A stretch of 64,000 bases of DNA from Saprospiraceae bacterium. GTDB lineage: Bacteria; Bacteroidota; Bacteroidia; Chitinophagales; Saprospiraceae. How positions within the stretch are numbered: position 1 is the first letter of the stretch; each line of letters opens with the position of its first letter. The DNA is taken from positions 257,079-321,078 of the forward strand of contig CBDDKR010000001.1 of assembly GCA_965230345.1 (NCBI GenBank), read 5' to 3'. The position numbers and the translations under genes are program-made. Shown here in pieces: positions 59,433 to 64,000 of the stretch. The notes under the pieces are model-generated. The model searched no databases and was not told the DNA's origin. It worked only from the letters and a program-made list of their open reading frames with translations.

Positions 59433-59440
59433 CAAAGCTA
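59433..59440 (-). promoter_or_regulatory. TAgcTTTG -7 promoter element for the TonB-dependent receptor
   Basis: The minus strand reads tagctttgcgca, ending 17 nt upstream of the ATG at 59416. Confidence 0.4.
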
Positions 59441-59502
59441 TAAAATAAAAAGAAAGTAAAAAGTTTAATATGTGTCGTGTATGATCTATACATTCATTAT
59501 AA

Positions 59503-59666
59503 TGAAGTGATTTAAAAAATAAATCCTAATGCTAGAATCCACTCATTGAAATCCAATCTCTGCCCAAAAATTAATTACCATAGCTTTGGCTTTGCAAGAA
59601 TTTTCGAATTGATCTTGCTTCCAAGCAGTTAATTCGGCTATTGAACACAGTTTTTAAATCACTTCA
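59503..59666. repeat. 16-bp perfect inverted repeat pair flanking 132 bp
   Basis: tgaagtgatttaaaaa (59503-59518) is the exact reverse complement of tttttaaatcacttca (59651-59666). Confidence 0.5.
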
Positions 59667-59737
59667 ATGACAAATGTGTGTCAACCAATAAACCCATAGA
59701 AGTTTTATGGAATCAATTCAATGTGATTTTGATATTC

Positions 59738-60568
59738 CTAATGATTTGATGAGATTTTCTCCCATATTGAAATCGTTTCTCTTGCTTCTTTGACGTCGTG
59801 AACTCTCAAAATCTTGGCTCCATTCATTAATGCTATCATATTAGCAGCCGTGGTCCCATTTAATGCATTTTGTGGATCGGTATCAAGAACTTTATAAATC
59901 ATAGATTTCCTTGATAATCCTACCAGAATAGGATGATCCAATATTCTGAATGAATTCAAATTCTTCAGTATACTATAATTATGCTCAATAGTTTTTCCAA
60001 ATCCGAACCCAGGATCAATGACGATAGAATTGAGCCCCTTACTTTGGGCTAGAATAATTCTGTTTCTAAAGAAGGTTAATAGTTCGACCATAAGATCTTC
60101 ATAAGATGGTGCATCCTGCATGTGATCGGGAGTCCCTTTCATATGCATCATTACATAAGCCAATTGATGTTCTGCACACGTTTGATACATGTCAGAATCA
60201 AAAGTTCCCCCAGAAATATCGTTTATAATATGTATTGGGAGTTTACTTAATTCTGATACAACTTTAGAGTGTATGGTGTCAATGGAGAGCAATAATTCTG
60301 GAAATTTTTCAGATATCAGTTTAACAATGGGAACAAGTTTGTTTAATTCTTGATCTGCTGATATTATAGACGCTCCTGGACGTGAAGACATAGCTCCAAT
60401 GTCCAATATATGTGCACCATGATCTACCATTTTTGATATATGGTTGAGAAGATGATCTCCAATTTTGAATCTGCTATCCGAATAAAAGGAATCATCTGTT
60501 ATATTGACAATTCCCATGATCTTGGGAGTATCAAAGGAAACAAGCCTTCCTCTACAATTAATGGTCAT
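59738..60568 (-). CDS. folP: Dihydropteroate synthase
   Basis: MGIVNITDDSFYSDS, DIGAMSSRPGA, LSIDT, INDISGG, DPGFGFGKT, GLSRKS and LRVHDV motifs. Confidence 0.95.
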   Translation of the reverse strand: MTINCRGRLVSFDTPKIMGIVNITDDSFYSDSRFKIGDHLLNHISKMVDHGAHILDIGAMSSRPGASIISADQELNKLVPIVKLISEKFPELLLSIDTIHSKVVSELSKLPIHIINDISGGTFDSDMYQTCAEHQLAYVMMHMKGTPDHMQDAPSYEDLMVELLTFFRNRIILAQSKGLNSIVIDPGFGFGKTIEHNYSILKNLNSFRILDHPILVGLSRKSMIYKVLDTDPQNALNGTTAANMIALMNGAKILRVHDVKEARETISIWEKISSNH

Positions 60569-60577
60569 TAGATAAAG

Positions 60578-61036
60578 TTAATTTTTACTAGCAACGGTCA
60601 TGTCTGAAGTGATTCTCCAGAGTCCATTTTTTCTTTGAAATACTAAACTAAAATATCCGAAAGGTGTATCAGCTTTTCTTTTTAAAGTGTATTTCCCAAG
60701 CATGTGTGCAGCATTATGATCTATAACATCTAATTCTAATATATCAAAGGATAAAGTGCCCATAGTTTCTTTATCTGGATAACCTTTAATATAATTGGCG
60801 AGCGTCTGATCCCAACCATAAGTTATTCCCTTGCTTCCTACAAATGTCAATGAGTCATTGTTCCAATAGCCTTTCATAAATCCTTTAAGATCGCCATTGT
60901 TCCATGCTTTTTCTTGCATTTTTAAGACTTGAATGATGTCTAAACTATCTTGACCGTTTGTCTTAGTTGAAGTTTGGGCATCAACATTTACATAGAAGCA
61001 AACAAAGAATACTACAGTGAAAATCGATCTAATCAT
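60578..61036 (-). CDS. Secreted NTF2-fold (DUF4440/SnoaL-like) protein
   Basis: Signal peptide from the ATG at 61036 (MIRSIFTVVFFVCFYVNVDAQ). QEKAWNNGDLKGFMKGYWN...LWRITSD fits the DUF4440 pattern. The start overlaps the stop of the M1 peptidase gene. Confidence 0.6.
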   Translation of the reverse strand: MIRSIFTVVFFVCFYVNVDAQTSTKTNGQDSLDIIQVLKMQEKAWNNGDLKGFMKGYWNNDSLTFVGSKGITYGWDQTLANYIKGYPDKETMGTLSFDILELDVIDHNAAHMLGKYTLKRKADTPFGYFSLVFQRKNGLWRITSDMTVASKN

Positions 61037-62873
61037 TTTCCCAAGTATTGTTTTCTCTATTAACATCTAACATTCGACCCGAAGGATCAATATTAATGGA
61101 TTTAATATCTTTTTGATCAACATTAAGCTGAAGAGTATACGAATTATGAGTCCATTTCCAATCTTTCGCAATTTTGTATTCGTCGTATTGGGATTCTGGA
61201 GTTTTATCATTTCTCATAATTGATAGAGGGATGTAGTATAAATGTTTTTTATCATCTTTAGTGATTACGGCTACTTCAATAGGCATGGGGAACGTTCCAA
61301 TTTTGCTTAAAATTAATCGATCTTCATATACGGTATCAATGCCGTAGTCCATTGTATGTGTCGTATTTACCCAATACTCTTTAAACCAATCCAATTCCAT
61401 TTGAGCCGTTTTTTCCATTACTCTGAAAAAATCATTAGGTGTAGGATGTTTGAATTTCCACTCATTGAAGTACCTTAACAATCCTTTGCGCATTACATCT
61501 TCACCAAGTATATAGCTCAGTTGTACTAAAGTAAGAGCACCTTTGTTGTATGATGCGGCACCATATGCAGTATTGGTAGTATAATGATCTGAATGAGTAC
61601 TAAGCGCTTCTTCCATTCCGCTAGTTGCAAAATTGGCATATCCCTTAACATTTTTCAGATGGGGGTAGTCACTTGGATTTCCCGGAATCAAACCTTTTCG
61701 TTTGAGATGATTCATTATTTCGGCGCTTGTGTAAGAAGTAAAACCTTCATCCATCCATGGGTGTAGAGCCTCGTTAGTTGCCAACATCATTTGATACCAA
61801 CTGTGCATTAATTCATGGACAGATACTCCAACCAAAGAAGTCAAAGTACGTTCTCCTGTAATAAGGGTACCCATAGGGTATTCCATTCCTCCATCTCCAC
61901 CTTGGATTATGTTGTAAACAGGGTAGGGGTATTGACCAAAGTTTTTATTTGCGAATGCCAAAACTTCGTCCATTATGGCTGGCAGTTCGGCCCAGTTTTC
62001 AGAAGTTTTTTCTCCAGGTTGAAAGAAAAATCTTAATACGGTCCCATTTTGTGACTGGATGGAGGTGTGCTTATAATCAGGGTCAGCAGCCCACATAAAA
62101 TCAATAACATTTTCCGCTTTAAACTTCCAGGTCAATTTCTTAGATTTTGCTTTGCTACTAACGTTTGAATAGCCGTGTCCAATCTCATCGGAATTTTGTA
62201 ACTCTCCGGAAGCCGCAACCACGAAATCTTTATCGATGGTTAGATTTACTTCATAATTACCCCAGATACCATGAAATTCTCTACCAATATAGGGATGAGC
62301 ATGCCAACCTTGGTAATCATATTCACATAATTTGGGAAACCATTGTGACATCGAATACGATATGCCTTCTTTATTATCTCTTCCTGTCCTTCTAATTTGT
62401 ACAGGTACTTGAGATTCGAATTCCATTTCTAATAATACTTCTTCATTTGGAAGAATTGGATTACTAAGAAGAACTTCAAGAATAGTTCCTTCAGTCCAGA
62501 ATTTTTGTTTTTTACCTCTAACTTTTAACCATTTGACCTTCTGATATCCAATTTCATCAGAAGAAAGATGACTGATTCTTTCGCCTACTCTCGGGTCAGG
62601 ATCGTTTATCGTACGAGAGCGAACATCCATCATACTATTCGGTTGAAAGGCATTATAGAACAAATAGTAATAAAGATGATGCAATGTGTCTGAAGAGTGA
62701 TTGGTGTACTTAATGGATTGTTCACCATGGAATTGATGCTTTTTAACATCAAAATCTATATCCATAACATAATCAGCTGATTGTTGCCAATAATTCTGAT
62801 TTTGTGCAAAAACTGTCATGCTAATGCAGACAATCAATAAAGTCGAACTTAATAATTTGATTTTCTTAATCAT
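61029..62873 (-). CDS. M1-family zinc metallopeptidase
   Basis: Signal peptide, GGMEYPM (GxMEN-like), HELMHSWY (HExxH) and WMDEGFTSY (distal Glu). Confidence 0.85.
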   Translation of the reverse strand: MIKKIKLLSSTLLIVCISMTVFAQNQNYWQQSADYVMDIDFDVKKHQFHGEQSIKYTNHSSDTLHHLYYYLFYNAFQPNSMMDVRSRTINDPDPRVGERISHLSSDEIGYQKVKWLKVRGKKQKFWTEGTILEVLLSNPILPNEEVLLEMEFESQVPVQIRRTGRDNKEGISYSMSQWFPKLCEYDYQGWHAHPYIGREFHGIWGNYEVNLTIDKDFVVAASGELQNSDEIGHGYSNVSSKAKSKKLTWKFKAENVIDFMWAADPDYKHTSIQSQNGTVLRFFFQPGEKTSENWAELPAIMDEVLAFANKNFGQYPYPVYNIIQGGDGGMEYPMGTLITGERTLTSLVGVSVHELMHSWYQMMLATNEALHPWMDEGFTSYTSAEIMNHLKRKGLIPGNPSDYPHLKNVKGYANFATSGMEEALSTHSDHYTTNTAYGAASYNKGALTLVQLSYILGEDVMRKGLLRYFNEWKFKHPTPNDFFRVMEKTAQMELDWFKEYWVNTTHTMDYGIDTVYEDRLILSKIGTFPMPIEVAVITKDDKKHLYYIPLSIMRNDKTPESQYDEYKIAKDWKWTHNSYTLQLNVDQKDIKSINIDPSGRMLDVNRENNTWEND

Positions 62874-63910
62874 ATGTTATTCTCGTTATTATGGTCGTTT
62901 TTTAATGATGTGAAGTCAACTATTTCATCGGTTAGAGTATGATCGGATGGCGTCGAACTTTGGGTCGTTATCGGCTCGAATAAAGATTGAATTGGAGGCC
63001 AACTGTATTTTTTACTGAAATAAATTATGAAAATAGCAGCACTGATATAAAACGCAATAATCATAATCCAAGGATTGATTTCAGTTGCTTTCAAAATAGA
63101 ATCAGTTTGTAGTACTCCACCAGCGTAAGATACCATCAAAGTTCCGAATATATTAGTAGCAGCATGGACGCCCAATGCTAACTCTAATGAGTTATCCATG
63201 ACCGTGATATACCCAAGGAATAATCCAGCTCCTATATAATAAAATTGCATAGTCCAAAAACCAAATTTATCAATTTCAGGATTAGCACTGTGAACTAGTG
63301 AAAACAAGATGGAAGTAATTATAATAGGCATCCATTTGTTTTTCAAAAGTTGTCCCATCCAAGGCATCAGGTATCCTCTGAATAGGAATTCTTCTAAGGA
63401 AGTTTGAATCGGTAAAAAGAAAATACTAATGAGTAGTAAGATCCCCCAATTACTGATGTCGAAACTCCAAATATAATTGCTTGGATCAATAAAATATACG
63501 ATGGTTTCAAAGATTAAGGTAAGTACAAACCAAAATCCGAAACCCCAAAAGATTTTCTTGTAGTTTATTTTTAGTCTGGGGGTTATTATATCTTTTAAAG
63601 ACCTTTGATGTAACCGCAATCCAATCCATAGTCCTAGTGTCGCAAATAGGAAAAAACAAATCATTAAAATCAAACCAAAATTATTCGAAATATGGAATAA
63701 AGAGAAGTCCATAGTATTCGAAAATTCTAATAGAGTATTGGTTGTAATATTAGGATCAGAATTCATCGCAGAAAGTTGGACAAACGTCAGAGGTAGTTGT
63801 CCAACAGTATATCCTATAACGGTTAATAGAACTGTTACAATAATTAACCACCATTCAGTTCGACCAATGTTCGCTAAATCATAAAATGTTTCAGGTCTAT
63901 CCGCATTCAT
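62870..63910 (-). CDS. CPBP family intramembrane glutamic endopeptidase
   Basis: EEFLFRGYL, FSLVHSANPE and GVHAATN motifs in a polytopic protein. The stop overlaps the M1 peptidase start (ATGA). Confidence 0.8.
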   Translation of the reverse strand: MNADRPETFYDLANIGRTEWWLIIVTVLLTVIGYTVGQLPLTFVQLSAMNSDPNITTNTLLEFSNTMDFSLFHISNNFGLILMICFFLFATLGLWIGLRLHQRSLKDIITPRLKINYKKIFWGFGFWFVLTLIFETIVYFIDPSNYIWSFDISNWGILLLISIFFLPIQTSLEEFLFRGYLMPWMGQLLKNKWMPIIITSILFSLVHSANPEIDKFGFWTMQFYYIGAGLFLGYITVMDNSLELALGVHAATNIFGTLMVSYAGGVLQTDSILKATEINPWIMIIAFYISAAIFIIYFSKKYSWPPIQSLFEPITTQSSTPSDHTLTDEIVDFTSLKNDHNNENNI

Positions 63911-64000
63911 ATTTAATAATTTGTGATATGTGATTAACCATCAAAGGAATATATACCTTCAAAAGATGTTCTAGGACTCGAAAGTAAGATATTAATAGCT

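Noticed and set aside
59417-59737. Possible riboswitch (for example cobalamin or TPP) in the 320-bp spacer upstream of the TonB-dependent receptor.
   Set aside because: A TAgcTTTG promoter motif ends only 17 nt from the receptor ATG, so the leader would be too short. I saw no B12-box or TPP-like conserved strings on the minus strand.
1-64000. Mobile elements, CRISPR arrays, prophage genes, restriction-modification or toxin-antitoxin pairs, which would be expected if this were a defence or accessory island.
   Set aside because: I found no transposase, integrase or recombinase motifs, no direct-repeat arrays, no tRNA integration target and no short paired ORFs with toxin-antitoxin architecture. 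Gene content is mostly core metabolism and envelope.

Overview
AT-rich chromosomal segment (G+C not computed) that looks like a Bacteroidota genome, probably Flavobacteriia-like. Supporting signs: type IX secretion (T9SS) C-terminal sorting domains, tandem PorP/SprF genes, TAnnTTTG -7 promoter motifs, a complete Na+-NQR operon (nqrABCDEF) and a long-tailed ribosomal protein S16. About 55 protein-coding genes are supportable. Most are housekeeping or envelope genes: lipB, tsaB, hldD, hldE-kinase, mnmG, aroE, ridA, rsmF-like, rpsP, folP, putA-like PRODH, an LptD-like protein and a TonB-dependent receptor. I found no rRNA, tRNA, CRISPR array, transposase, integrase or recognisable defence or toxin-antitoxin genes. 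This is not an obvious mobile or accessory island, and I cannot point to a clear novel multi-gene system. The observations most worth follow-up are listed here. (1) A dnaX-type A_AAA_AAG slippery heptamer sits in phase at the stop codon of a large OmpA-family gene, and its -1 frame runs into a DUF1573 ORF that has no ATG and no signal peptide. (2) Two adjacent genes (yggS and a GyrI-like gene) are each broken by a 1-nt deficit in a homopolymer. All three frame breaks are repaired the same way, which also raises an assembly-error explanation. (3) A BlaI / M56-BlaR1-like / PA14-OmpA module carries an uncharacterised repeat-containing sensor domain. (4) Three CPBP intramembrane proteases are each tightly coupled to a different partner: an ABC ATPase, a Fur-family repressor and an M1 peptidase. 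(5) Several orphan conserved-looking proteins and small structured or repeat elements occur in spacers. Functional calls rest on motif recognition by eye. No database search was run.
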